This document shows, piece after piece, positions 16,891 through 26,902 of a stretch of DNA of 64,000 bases. Below the pieces are notes generated by a model. That model was not told the DNA's origin, made no database searches, and worked only from the letters and a program-made list of their open reading frames with translations. Where the stretch lies: contig JACJWK010000010.1 in the NCBI GenBank assembly GCA_020637195.1, forward strand, positions 1,674 through 65,673, read 5' to 3'. A program made the translations under genes and the position numbers. Every line of letters begins with the position of its first letter. The stretch's first letter is position 1. This DNA is from Microthrixaceae bacterium (GTDB lineage: Bacteria; Actinomycetota; Acidimicrobiia; Acidimicrobiales; DATDAH01).

Positions 16891-18765
16891 ATGTGGCTCG
16901 GGCCACGCGATCGGTCACGGCGGGCGGCCACCCCGACGGTGGCCGTCCTGTTGGCCCTCGCTGCGTCGGTGGTCGTTCCCGGCCTCGTCCCGGTCGCCGC
17001 GTCGTCTCCCCCCGACGAGCCGTTCGGCATCGGGGAGGACGCCGAGCCCCGCCCGACCGACGGCGATCCCTTCGACGCCAGCGAGGCGGACGGCACGGCA
17101 TCGGTGACGGTGGTGCTCGCCGCGCGCCCCCGGGCGCCGCAGGACTTCACCTTCACCGGGTGCGGGCCCCACGGCTGCGGCACCTTCGCGCTCGACGACG
17201 ACGAGGACGCCGAGCGGGCCGACCGGATCACCGCGGCGGGGCTCGAGGCGGGCGACTACACGATCACGATGGATGCGGTGCCGGGCTGGGAGCTCGACAC
17301 CCTCGTGTGCGACACCGGGGAGCGCACCGACCTCGCCGCCAGGACCGCCACGGTCACGCTCGACGCCGGCGAGGACGCCGTCTGCACCTTCACCGCGACC
17401 AGTGCGGCGGTCACCGTGGTGCTCGAGGTGACCCGGCCGCCCGCCTCCCAGGACTTCCCGTTCACCGGGTGCGGGCCCCACGGCTGCGGCACCTTCGCGC
17501 TCGACGACGACGGCGACGCCGCGCGTGCCGACACCGTCACGGCCGCAGGGCTCGACCCGGGTGCGTACACAGTGACCGCGGACGCGGTCCCCGGCTGGCT
17601 GCTCACCCGTCTCTCGTGCGACACCGGCGAGGTCACCGCGCTGGCCGAGGGACGGGCGACCATCGAGCTCGCCGCCGGAGAGCACACGACCTGCACCTTC
17701 ACCGTCGACACCCTCCCGACGTTCACCGTCGAGACGGTGGTGAGCGGCCAGTCGATCCCGTGGGACGTGGCCTGGACCCCCGACGGATCGATGCTGTGGA
17801 CCGAGCGGGCCGGCTCGCTGAACGCGCTGGTCCCCGGCGGCGTCCCCGTCGAGGTCGACCTGTCGGGCAACGCCGACTTCGCCGCGTCGGGCGAGATCGG
17901 CCTGATGGGCCTGGCGGTGGACCCGGCCTTCACCCAGAACCGGCGGATCTACACGTGCCAGGGCAGCAGCGCGGCGGGCACCTCGACCATCAAGGTGGTC
18001 GCGTGGAGCATCGCCGTCGGTTTCGCGTCGGCCACCAGGGTCGTCGACCCCCTGGTGGGCGGCATCCCGATGGGCTCGATCCACGGGGGGTGCCGGCTCG
18101 AGTTCGCCCCCGACGGCACCCTGTTGGTGACGACCGGCGACGCCGCGATCGGAACCGCCCCGCAGAGCCTGGGGTCGCTCGCCGGAAAGGTGCTGCGCGT
18201 CGACCCCGCCACGGGCGCGGGCGCACCGGACAACGTGTTCGCGGCCGACGGCGACCCGGCGACCGACGCCCGCATCTACACCCGAGGTCACCGCAACGTC
18301 CAGGGCCTGGCGATCCGGCCCGGGCTCGGGCAGTTCTGGAGCGTGGAGCACGGCCCGAACCGCGACGACGAGGTGAACCTGCTCGAGAACGGCGGCAACT
18401 ACGGGTGGGACCCGGTACCCGGCTACGACCAGAGCGTCCCCATGACCGATCTGAGCCTTCCCGGGGCGGTCGGCGCCCGATGGAGCTCGGGTGCGCCCAC
18501 CCTCGCCACCAGCGGTGCGACGTTCCTGTGGGGACCGCAGTGGGAGGGGTACCGCGGCATGCTCGCGGTGGCCACCCTCAAGGACAGCTCGCTCCGGCTG
18601 ATGGGCTTCGCCGCCGACGGCGAGTTCGTCCTGATGCACACGCCGCCGGCGCTCGACGGGACCTTCGGTCGGCTCCGCACGCCGGCCCTCGGCCCCGACG
18701 GCTCCCTCTACGTCACGACGTCGAACGGCTTCGGCGACCGGATCCTCCGCGTGACGCCGACATGA
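16891..18765 (+). CDS. PQQ-dependent sugar dehydrogenase (soluble glucose/sorbosone dehydrogenase beta-propeller) with two N-terminal ~103-aa Cys-containing repeat domains and a signal sequence
   Basis: 'GLMGLAVDPAF', 'HGGCRLEFAPDGTLLVTTGD', 'GKVLRVDP', 'RGHRNVQGLA' and 'GGNYGWD'. N-terminal 'ATPTVAVLLALAASVVVPGLVPVAASS'. Start at ATG 16891. Confidence 0.8.
   Translation: MWLGPRDRSRRAATPTVAVLLALAASVVVPGLVPVAASSPPDEPFGIGEDAEPRPTDGDPFDASEADGTASVTVVLAARPRAPQDFTFTGCGPHGCGTFALDDDEDAERADRITAAGLEAGDYTITMDAVPGWELDTLVCDTGERTDLAARTATVTLDAGEDAVCTFTATSAAVTVVLEVTRPPASQDFPFTGCGPHGCGTFALDDDGDAARADTVTAAGLDPGAYTVTADAVPGWLLTRLSCDTGEVTALAEGRATIELAAGEHTTCTFTVDTLPTFTVETVVSGQSIPWDVAWTPDGSMLWTERAGSLNALVPGGVPVEVDLSGNADFAASGEIGLMGLAVDPAFTQNRRIYTCQGSSAAGTSTIKVVAWSIAVGFASATRVVDPLVGGIPMGSIHGGCRLEFAPDGTLLVTTGDAAIGTAPQSLGSLAGKVLRVDPATGAGAPDNVFAADGDPATDARIYTRGHRNVQGLAIRPGLGQFWSVEHGPNRDDEVNLLENGGNYGWDPVPGYDQSVPMTDLSLPGAVGARWSSGAPTLATSGATFLWGPQWEGYRGMLAVATLKDSSLRLMGFAADGEFVLMHTPPALDGTFGRLRTPALGPDGSLYVTTSNGFGDRILRVTPT
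17101..17715 (+). repeat. Two tandem 309-nt coding repeats containing a 51-nt identical core
   Basis: 'ttcaccgggtgcgggccccacggctgcggcaccttcgcgctcgacgacgac' occurs at about 17152 and about 17461, encoding 'FTGCGPHGCGTFALDDD'. Confidence 0.85.
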
Positions 18766-18814
18766 CGGCGGCCGGCGAGGTGACCCGGTCGACCGCCGCT
18801 CGGGCCGTCGGGCC

Positions 18815-19201
18815 ATGGGCCTTGACGCCGACGACGTCTCCGACGTCGCCGGGGATCAGCGGGACGTGCTCCGGCCGGCCGTCCGCTCCTCCGCCGGTGA
18901 CGTGCCCGCGGTCGACGTCATGGCCGGCGTGGACGGCAACGGCGCCATCGGCCTGCACCTCCACGACGACGCGGCGACACCCGGCGAGACGACCCTGGCG
19001 CGCCTCCCCTACTTCAGCGGCCAACCCTTCCAGGACGGGGTGGACGTCTTCCTGCCGGCCGATCCCGACGCGTCCGGCACGGTGACGGTGACCAACCTCC
19101 CCCGCGGCGACGAGTCCCGGCCCCAGACCGTGAACGTGGCGAACTGGCCGTCGCGCGGCCATGCGGTCACCGTGATGTTCGCCGACCACCCCGTGGACTG
19201 A
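18815..19201 (+). CDS. Hypothetical protein (128 aa)
   Basis: High GC3 throughout. The ATG at 18815 is the first start after the in-frame stop at 18752. No domain recognised. Confidence 0.45.
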   Translation: MGLDADDVSDVAGDQRDVLRPAVRSSAGDVPAVDVMAGVDGNGAIGLHLHDDAATPGETTLARLPYFSGQPFQDGVDVFLPADPDASGTVTVTNLPRGDESRPQTVNVANWPSRGHAVTVMFADHPVD

Positions 19202-19217
19202 TCCGGCGCCTCCCGAG

Positions 19218-19290
19218 TGGGCCCGGCAGGGATCGAACCTGCAACCGAGCGATTATGAGTCGCCTGCTCTGACCATTGAGCTACGGGCCC
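19218..19290 (-). tRNA. tRNA-Met (anticodon CAT). Elongator-type by a paired 1:72; an Ile2 (lysidine) identity cannot be excluded.
   Basis: Hand fold: acceptor GGGCCCG/CGGGCCC, anticodon stem GGCGA/TCGCT with loop CTCATAA, T arm GCAGG-TTCGATC-CCTGC. Length 73 nt. Confidence 0.88.
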
Positions 19291-19345
19291 CGTGGTGACA
19301 GTCTCGCGGACGTCGACACCACAGGCGCGGGACCGCGCCGGTCGG

Positions 19346-19418
19346 CTCCGGGGGTGGGGCTCGAACCCACGACAAACCGGTTAACAGCCGGTTGCTCTGC
19401 CAACTGAGCTACCCCGGA
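19346..19418 (-). tRNA. tRNA-Asn (anticodon GTT)
   Basis: Hand fold: acceptor TCCGGGG/CCCCGGA, anticodon stem ACCGG/CCGGT with loop CTGTTAA, T arm GTGGG-TTCGAGC-CCCAC. Length 73 nt. Confidence 0.9.
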
Positions 19419-20059
19419 AGGGCTTCCGACGATAGCAGCGCGCCCACCAGTCCCATGACTTCTCGGTGTGTCCGGCTGCAGCCGTAGGACACGGACGGGC
19501 ACCCGAGCGGATGCTTGGTGCGCCGGATCGAGGCGTCCGCCACGGCCCGGTACGGCTGATGGAACTGCAACTCGGGAATCCCCGTCAGATCCGACCAGAA
19601 CGACGTCGCCGCCTCGAGGTCCAGGCCCACGTGGAGGTACAGCCGGGCGCGCAGGCGGGTCTCGTCGATCTCGAAGAACCGACGCAACCACACGCAGAAG
19701 AGCTCGATCATGCGGGGATCGCTGTTGGCGAACTTGACGACCCCGTCGGTCTTCGACCCCTCGCCGGCGTAGAGCGCCGTCCCGGCCACGAGGAGCTCCT
19801 GATCGGTCATGCGGCCGATGCGCCGACGCCCCTCCTCGTGCAGCTCCGCGATCTCGGCCTCCTTGCGGGCGACCCACGGGTGGGGTCGGCGGTGCGGGCC
19901 GGGCTGGCGAGGTCGAGGGACGAACTCGACGTCGCGCACCCAGACCGACACCGACGCCTTGGCCACGCCGAGCTCGTCGGCGATCTCCTGGAGCGTCCAC
20001 GCCTGCGCGCGGAGCACTCGGGCCCGCTCCTGCTCGACGACCTTGCCCCGGTATCCCAT
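19409..20059 (-). CDS. HTH-domain protein with a C-terminal LAGLIDADG-like (single-motif homing-endonuclease-like) domain. Function is tentative.
   Basis: N-terminal HTH 'WTLQEIADELGVAKASVSVWVRD'. 'LLVAGTALYAGEGSK' resembles the LAGLIDADG '..AGf.DGEGs' block. High GC3. The stop codon lies inside the tRNA-Asn acceptor stem (10-nt overlap). Confidence 0.5.
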   Translation of the reverse strand: MGYRGKVVEQERARVLRAQAWTLQEIADELGVAKASVSVWVRDVEFVPRPRQPGPHRRPHPWVARKEAEIAELHEEGRRRIGRMTDQELLVAGTALYAGEGSKTDGVVKFANSDPRMIELFCVWLRRFFEIDETRLRARLYLHVGLDLEAATSFWSDLTGIPELQFHQPYRAVADASIRRTKHPLGCPSVSYGCSRTHREVMGLVGALLSSEALPG

Positions 20060-20113
20060 GGGACGATGGTGCGCCGAGGGTACGACAGCGGCGGGCGGGG
20101 TAGAACGAGGTCC

Positions 20114-20341
20114 ATGAAATTCCGCACCGGGCTCCTCATCGGCGGCGTCGTCGGCTACTACTTCGGCGCCAAGGCGGGTCACGAGCGCTACGAGCAGCTC
20201 AACGACCTGCTCCACCGCGTCACCGACTCCCCCAGCGTCCAGTCCGCCACCACACGGGTCAGGACGACGCTGCGGCGCGACGACGCCAACGGTTCGGTGG
20301 ACGACACCATCGACCTGCTCCAGCCCGAGTGGAGCGCCTGA
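20114..20341 (+). CDS. Small YtxH-like membrane-anchored protein
   Basis: 'MKFRTGLLIGGVVGYYFGAKAGHERYEQL' matches the YtxH-type N-terminus. SD-like GAACGAGG upstream. Confidence 0.5.
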   Translation: MKFRTGLLIGGVVGYYFGAKAGHERYEQLNDLLHRVTDSPSVQSATTRVRTTLRRDDANGSVDDTIDLLQPEWSA

Positions 20342-20342
20342 G

Positions 20343-21557
<1,215 letters not shown>

Positions 21558-21645
21558 CCGCGGCGTTCCGGGCCGAGGCGGGGACACGCGCACCGGCCGG
21601 TCACCGCCGGCCGATCACCTTCCCCGAGCCGCTGTGCCGCGTACG

Positions 21646-23418
21646 TCATCGGATCTCCTCGGCCACGGTGGCCTCTTCCGCCAGCCAGGCTAACAACTGC
21701 GCACGCGCCTCCTGGTCGGGGTCGTCGGGGTCGACCTGCTCGATGGCGAGCTTGAGCCAGGCGATCCGCCGGGAGCGGTCGGCGTCGAAGTCGCGGCGGT
21801 TCTCGGCGTCGAGTCGCCGCAGGGCACGGCGGGCGGCGGCGGCGGTGAGCAGGCTGGCCACGTTGTCCGCGTCACCCGCAGGCTCCTCCACGACGAGGCG
21901 CTGCAACAGCTCGGCGGCCCGGGGGTCGCAGCGTTCCAGCACCTCGTGCATGGTGCCCCCCGGCGCCAGGGCCCGGAACACCGCCGCGTGCAGCTCGTCG
22001 GCGAACAGGACCTCGTCGAGCAGCGGCCCGATGGCCTCCGGGTCGTGCACCGCGAGGCGCAGGGCCTCGACCTCGGCCCGGTCGCGCCCGTCGGCGGACG
22101 ACGGGGCCCGGAGCGGCGCGGCCACGGGCGCGGCCTCGCCCCGCACGACGCCCGACAGGCGCTGGCGCAGCTGGTCGGGGTCGAGGCGGCACCGGTCGGC
22201 GACCTCCATCACGTACTGGTCGCGCACGAGCTCGCCCGGGTGCTCGGCGATGACCGCGAGCGCGGCCTCCGCGGTGCGCGCCCGACCCTCGGGGGTGTCC
22301 ACGGACCCGGCCGCCAGGGCGCGGCGCACCCGGAAGCCGAGGAAGGGGGTGGCCCCCTCGACGGCGGCCGCGAGTGCCGCCGGATCGGTGCGCGAGAGGT
22401 CCGCGGGGTCCACGCCGGAGGGCAGATCGGCCACGGCCACGTCGATCTCGTAGGCCTTCTCCCACTCGTAGAACCGCTCGGCCGCGGCCTGCCCCGCGGC
22501 GTCGGCGTCGAACGCCAGCACCACCCGGTGGGCGTAGCGCTTGAGGGTGCGGAAGTGCTCCTCGGTGAGGGCGGTGCCGCACGTCGCCACCGCGCGCGGC
22601 AGGCCCGCGTCGGCGAAGCCGATCACGTCGGTGTAGCCCTCGCACACGATGGCCTCATCGGCCTCGACGATGCCCGCCTTCATCCAGTTCAGCCCGTAGA
22701 GCACCTTGCTCTTCGCGTACAGCGGCGACTCGGACGAGTTCTTGTACTTCGGCCCGTCGTGGCCGGGCAGGATGCGGCCGCCGAAGGCCACCGGCTCGTC
22801 CTGGACGTCGAAGATGGGGAACAGCACCCGCCCCCGGAAGGCGTCCTGCTGGCGACCGCGGCGGTTGACGAAGCCCAGGCCGGTGTCGCGCAGCACGTCG
22901 TCGGGCACCCGCAGATGACGGGCCAACGCGTCCCAGTCGTCGGGCGCCCACCCCAGCCGGTACCGCCGCACCTTGTCGCCGTCGAAGCCACGGCTGCGCA
23001 GGTAGCCCCGGGCCTCGCGGGCGTCGGGCGAGGACAGCAGGCGGTCGTGGTACCAGTCGACCGCCCGCCCCATGGCCTCCAGCAGCCGCTTGCGGCGCTT
23101 GCGTCCCTCGTTCTCGCCGGTGTCGGTGTAGCGGACGGTGATGCCCGCCTTGTTGGCGAGCCACTCGACCGCACCGGGGAAGTCGAGGTGCTCGATCTCG
23201 CGCACGAACGTGATGGCGTCGCCCTTCGCCTGGCAGCCGAAGCAGTAGTACAGGCCCTGCTCGGCGTTGACCGAGAACGAGGGGCTCTTCTCGGCGTGGA
23301 ACGGGCACAGCCCGACCCACCGCTGGCCGACCCGCTTCAGCTGGAGGTGCTGGGAGACGACGGCGACGAGGTCGGTGGACTCGCGGACCCGGACGATGTC
23401 CTCGTCGACGATGCCCAC
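21646..23418 (-). CDS. dnaG: DNA primase
   Basis: Zn-finger 'CPFHAEKSPSFSVNAEQGLYYCFGCQAKGD'. TOPRIM 'AIVCEGYTDVI...LAFDADAAGQAA'. Start at GTG 23418, 17 nt downstream of the ppdK stop. Confidence 0.9.
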   Translation of the reverse strand: MGIVDEDIVRVRESTDLVAVVSQHLQLKRVGQRWVGLCPFHAEKSPSFSVNAEQGLYYCFGCQAKGDAITFVREIEHLDFPGAVEWLANKAGITVRYTDTGENEGRKRRKRLLEAMGRAVDWYHDRLLSSPDAREARGYLRSRGFDGDKVRRYRLGWAPDDWDALARHLRVPDDVLRDTGLGFVNRRGRQQDAFRGRVLFPIFDVQDEPVAFGGRILPGHDGPKYKNSSESPLYAKSKVLYGLNWMKAGIVEADEAIVCEGYTDVIGFADAGLPRAVATCGTALTEEHFRTLKRYAHRVVLAFDADAAGQAAAERFYEWEKAYEIDVAVADLPSGVDPADLSRTDPAALAAAVEGATPFLGFRVRRALAAGSVDTPEGRARTAEAALAVIAEHPGELVRDQYVMEVADRCRLDPDQLRQRLSGVVRGEAAPVAAPLRAPSSADGRDRAEVEALRLAVHDPEAIGPLLDEVLFADELHAAVFRALAPGGTMHEVLERCDPRAAELLQRLVVEEPAGDADNVASLLTAAAARRALRRLDAENRRDFDADRSRRIAWLKLAIEQVDPDDPDQEARAQLLAWLAEEATVAEEIR

Positions 23419-23435
23419 CGCCCGCGTCCCGCCGG

Positions 23436-26075
23436 CTAGTCGCCGGCGCGGGCCGCGAGCACCGAGCGGGCGGCCTCGAGCCGGGCGATGGGCACACGGA
23501 ACGGCGAGCAGGACACGTAGTCGAGCCCGAGCCGGTGGAACAGGGCGATCGAGGCCGGGTCGCCGCCGTGCTCGCCACAGACCCCCATCTTGAGGTCGGG
23601 CTTGACCGACCGGGCCCGCTCGACGGCGAGGCCCACCAGGCCGCCGACCCCGTCGCGGTCGATGCTGTCGAACGGGTCGCCGGCCAGCAGGCCCCGCTCG
23701 AGGTACCGCTCCATCAGGCGTCCCTCGACGTCGTCGCGGCTGAAGCCGAACGTCATCTGGGTGAGGTCGTTGGTGCCGAAGGAGAAGAAGTCGGCCTGGT
23801 TGGCGATCTCGTCGGCGCACAGGGCGGCGCGCGGGGTCTCGATCATCGTGCCGATGCGCACGTCACCCTCGGCCACCCCCTCCCCGGCGGCTCCGGCGAG
23901 CTCCTCTTCCACCCAGCTGCGGGCCAGGGCCAGCTCGGCCTCGGCCACCACCAGCGGGATCATGATCTCGACGATGGGTCGACCGCCGGCGGCGCGCCGG
24001 CGGGCCGCGGCCTCGAGCAGCGCCCGCACCTGCATGCGGTAGAGACCGTCCTTGAGCACCCCGAGGCGGACGCCGCGCGTGCCGAGCATGGGGTTGGCCT
24101 CCTCCCAGCTGCGAGCCGCGGCGAGCAGCTCGGCCTCCTCGTCGGAGAGCCCGACCCGTGCGTCTTTGACCGCCAGCTCCTCCACGTCGGGCAGGAACTC
24201 GTGCAGCGGCGGGTCGAGCAGGCGGACCGTGACCGGCAGGCCGTCCATGGCCGCGAGGATCCCCTCGAAGTCCTCCCGCTGGACGCGCCGGAGCTCCTCG
24301 AGGGCCTCGTCCTCGTCGTCGGGGGTGGCGGCCAGGATCATGCGGCGCACGACCGGAAGGCGGTCACCGAGGAACATGTGCTCGGTCCGGCACAACCCGA
24401 TGCCCTCGGCGCCGTTGTCCCTGGCCCGTGCCGCGTCCTCGGCGTTGTCGGCGTTGGCCCGCACGCCCAGCCCGTCGCCCCGGGCCTCGTCGGCCCAGGC
24501 CAGCACGGTGTCGAACTCGTCGGGGGTCTCCCCCCGGGTCAGGTGCATCGCGCCGAGCACCACCTCGCCGGTGGTGCCGTCGATGGACACGACGTCGCCC
24601 TTGCGCACGACCGTGTCGCCCACCCGGAAGTGGTCCTCGCCCACCACGATCTGCTCGGCACCGCACACGGCGGGCTTGCCCCACCCCCGGGCCACCACCG
24701 CGGCGTGGCTCACCAGCCCGCCCCGGGACGTGAGCACGCCTTGGGCGACCTCCATGCCGTGCACGTCCTCGGGCGACGTCTCCTGCCGCACGAGGATCAC
24801 GTCCTCGCCGTCGTGCGCCGCCTCGACCGCCTCGTCGGCGTCGAAGTAGACCTTGCCCACCGCGGCGCCGGGCGAGGCCGCCAGGCCCTTGGTGAGCACG
24901 GTGTGGTCGACCTGCTCGAACTGGGGGTGCAGCACCTGGTCGAGGTGGTCGGCCGAGACCCGCTGGATCGCCTCGGCGTGGGTGAGCTCGATCGCGGGGT
25001 CGTCCACCATGGACACGGCCAGGCGGAGCGCGGCCCGCCCCGTGCGCTTGCCCACCCGGGTCTGGAGCATCCAGAGCTTGCCCTGCTCCACCGTGAACTC
25101 GGTGTCGCACATGTCCCGGTAGTGGCGCTCGAGCGCCTCGAAGATGCGCTGGAGCTCGTCGTACAGGTCGGGCCAGCGCTCGCCCATCTCGTGCAGCGGC
25201 TGGGTGGCGCGGATGCCGGCGACGACGTCCTCGCCCTGCGCGTTGACGAGGAAGTCGCCGAAGCTGCCCTGGTCACCGGTGGCCGGGTCCCGGGTGAAGC
25301 CGACGCCGGTGCCCGACTCGTCGTCGCGGTTGCCGAAGACCATCGCCTGGACGTTGACGGCGGTGCCGAGGTCGTCGGGGAGGTGCTCGCGCCGGCGGTA
25401 CGTGACCGCCCGGGGCGACTGCCACGACCGGAAGACGGCGTCGATCGCCCCGCGCAGCTGCGCCGCCGGCTCCTGCGGGAAGGCCTCGCCGGTGTGGTCC
25501 TCGACCACCGCCTTGAAGCGATCGATGACGAGCGACAGCACCTCGGGGGGCACCTCGTGGTCGGTGGCGGCGCCGGCCAGGTCCCGGGCACCCTCGAACC
25601 GCCGGTCGAACTCCTCGCCGGGGACACCCAGGACGATCTTGCCGTACATCTGGATGAACCGGCGGTAGGAGTCGAGCGCGAAGCGCTCGTCGTCGGTGGC
25701 CCGGGCGAGCGCCTCGACGGAGTCGTCGTTGAGGCCGAGGTTGAGGATCGTGTCCATCATCCCCGGCATCGAGAACTTGGCCCCCGACCGGACGCTGACG
25801 AGCAACGGGTCGTCGCCGGCGCCCAGCGTGCGCCCCATCGTGCGCTCGAGACGGTCGACGTGCTCGTCGACCTGGAGGGCCAGGCCGTCGGGCCACCCGC
25901 CGGCCAGCGCCGCGCGGCACGCTTCGGTGGTGATCGTGAACCCGGGCGGCACCGGCAGGCCGAGCACGGAGGTCATCTCGGCGAGGTTGGCGCCCTTGCC
26001 CCCCAGCAGGTCCTTGCGGGCCATGGGCGGCTCGGGGTGGTCGTGGTCGAACGCGTAAACGAGGGGCTCTGGCAT
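23436..26075 (-). CDS. ppdK: Pyruvate, phosphate dikinase
   Basis: 'LLGGKGANLAEM'; phospho-His region 'GVLTSRGGLVSHAAVVARGWGKPAV'; PEP-utilising C-terminus 'FFSFGTNDLTQMTFGFSRDD' and 'GVCGEHGGDP'. ATG at 26075. Confidence 0.95.
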   Translation of the reverse strand: MPEPLVYAFDHDHPEPPMARKDLLGGKGANLAEMTSVLGLPVPPGFTITTEACRAALAGGWPDGLALQVDEHVDRLERTMGRTLGAGDDPLLVSVRSGAKFSMPGMMDTILNLGLNDDSVEALARATDDERFALDSYRRFIQMYGKIVLGVPGEEFDRRFEGARDLAGAATDHEVPPEVLSLVIDRFKAVVEDHTGEAFPQEPAAQLRGAIDAVFRSWQSPRAVTYRRREHLPDDLGTAVNVQAMVFGNRDDESGTGVGFTRDPATGDQGSFGDFLVNAQGEDVVAGIRATQPLHEMGERWPDLYDELQRIFEALERHYRDMCDTEFTVEQGKLWMLQTRVGKRTGRAALRLAVSMVDDPAIELTHAEAIQRVSADHLDQVLHPQFEQVDHTVLTKGLAASPGAAVGKVYFDADEAVEAAHDGEDVILVRQETSPEDVHGMEVAQGVLTSRGGLVSHAAVVARGWGKPAVCGAEQIVVGEDHFRVGDTVVRKGDVVSIDGTTGEVVLGAMHLTRGETPDEFDTVLAWADEARGDGLGVRANADNAEDAARARDNGAEGIGLCRTEHMFLGDRLPVVRRMILAATPDDEDEALEELRRVQREDFEGILAAMDGLPVTVRLLDPPLHEFLPDVEELAVKDARVGLSDEEAELLAAARSWEEANPMLGTRGVRLGVLKDGLYRMQVRALLEAAARRRAAGGRPIVEIMIPLVVAEAELALARSWVEEELAGAAGEGVAEGDVRIGTMIETPRAALCADEIANQADFFSFGTNDLTQMTFGFSRDDVEGRLMERYLERGLLAGDPFDSIDRDGVGGLVGLAVERARSVKPDLKMGVCGEHGGDPASIALFHRLGLDYVSCSPFRVPIARLEAARSVLAARAGD

Positions 26076-26077
26076 CG

Positions 26078-26902
26078 TCAGCCCACCTTCGTGGCTCGGA
26101 GCGTGTACATGAGGGGCAGCAGCGGCCGGTCGTCGGGCATCCACCAGGTGCCGTCGTCGCGCCGCTCGAGGAACGGCCAGCGCTGGTAGACGGTGTAGGG
26201 GTGCTCGTGGAGCAGGTCCAGGTGCAGGCCCTGGGCCAGCACCGCCGAGACCACCTCGCTGATCGGGTGCTGCCATTCGAACGAGCGGTTGTGCACCGTC
26301 GTGGCGTCCGGGTCGGCGTACGAGCCCGGGTCCTCCCAGGTGAGGGGCTCGCCCTGGGCGAAGTAGTCGTAGTCCACCTCGAGCGACTCGTCGGCGAAGA
26401 CGTCGAGGAACGGGTGCGCCTCCCGCAGGTACAGCCGACCGCCCGGGCGCAGCAGCGCGGCCACGATCTCGGCCCAGCGCCACACGTCGGGCAGCCAGTT
26501 GAGGGCACCGAGGTTGACGTAGACCACGTCGTAGCGGTGGTCGAGCACCTCGAGCGCGTCGTAGACGTTGGCGGTGACGAAGCGCGCGTCGATGCCGCAG
26601 TCCCGAGCGAGCGCCCGGGCGGCCTCGACGGCGGGCTCCGAGAAGTCGAGGCCCGTGACCCGGGCACCGAGCCGGGCCCACGAGAGCGTGTCGAGGCCGA
26701 AGTGGCACTGGAGGTGCACGAGCTCGCGGTCGCGCACCGGGCCCAGCTCCTCGATCTCGAACGGCTCGAGCGTCGACCGGCCGCCGGTGAACCCCTCGAC
26801 GTCGTAGAAGTCGGAGGCCACGTGCAGCGGCACCCGCTCGTCCCACATGTCGCGGTTCGCCGTGAACCACTCCTCGGGGTCGACGGCGGTGCCCCCGCTC
26901 AC
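26078..26902 (-). CDS. Class I SAM-dependent methyltransferase
   Basis: Motif I '[31 protein letters not shown]' and post-I/II '[14 protein letters not shown]...LRPGGRLYL'. Its GTG overlaps the glyQS TGA (GTGA). Its stop is 2 nt before the ppdK ATG. Confidence 0.75.
   Translation of the reverse strand: MSGGTAVDPEEWFTANRDMWDERVPLHVASDFYDVEGFTGGRSTLEPFEIEELGPVRDRELVHLQCHFGLDTLSWARLGARVTGLDFSEPAVEAARALARDCGIDARFVTANVYDALEVLDHRYDVVYVNLGALNWLPDVWRWAEIVAALLRPGGRLYLREAHPFLDVFADESLEVDYDYFAQGEPLTWEDPGSYADPDATTVHNRSFEWQHPISEVVSAVLAQGLHLDLLHEHPYTVYQRWPFLERRDDGTWWMPDDRPLLPLMYTLRATKVG

Noticed and set aside
19218-19290. tRNA with a CAT anticodon, considered as the initiator tRNA-fMet.
   Set aside because: Positions 1:72 are a normal G:C pair, and the anticodon stem lacks the three consecutive G:C pairs typical of initiators. 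It is called elongator Met, with Ile2 not excluded.
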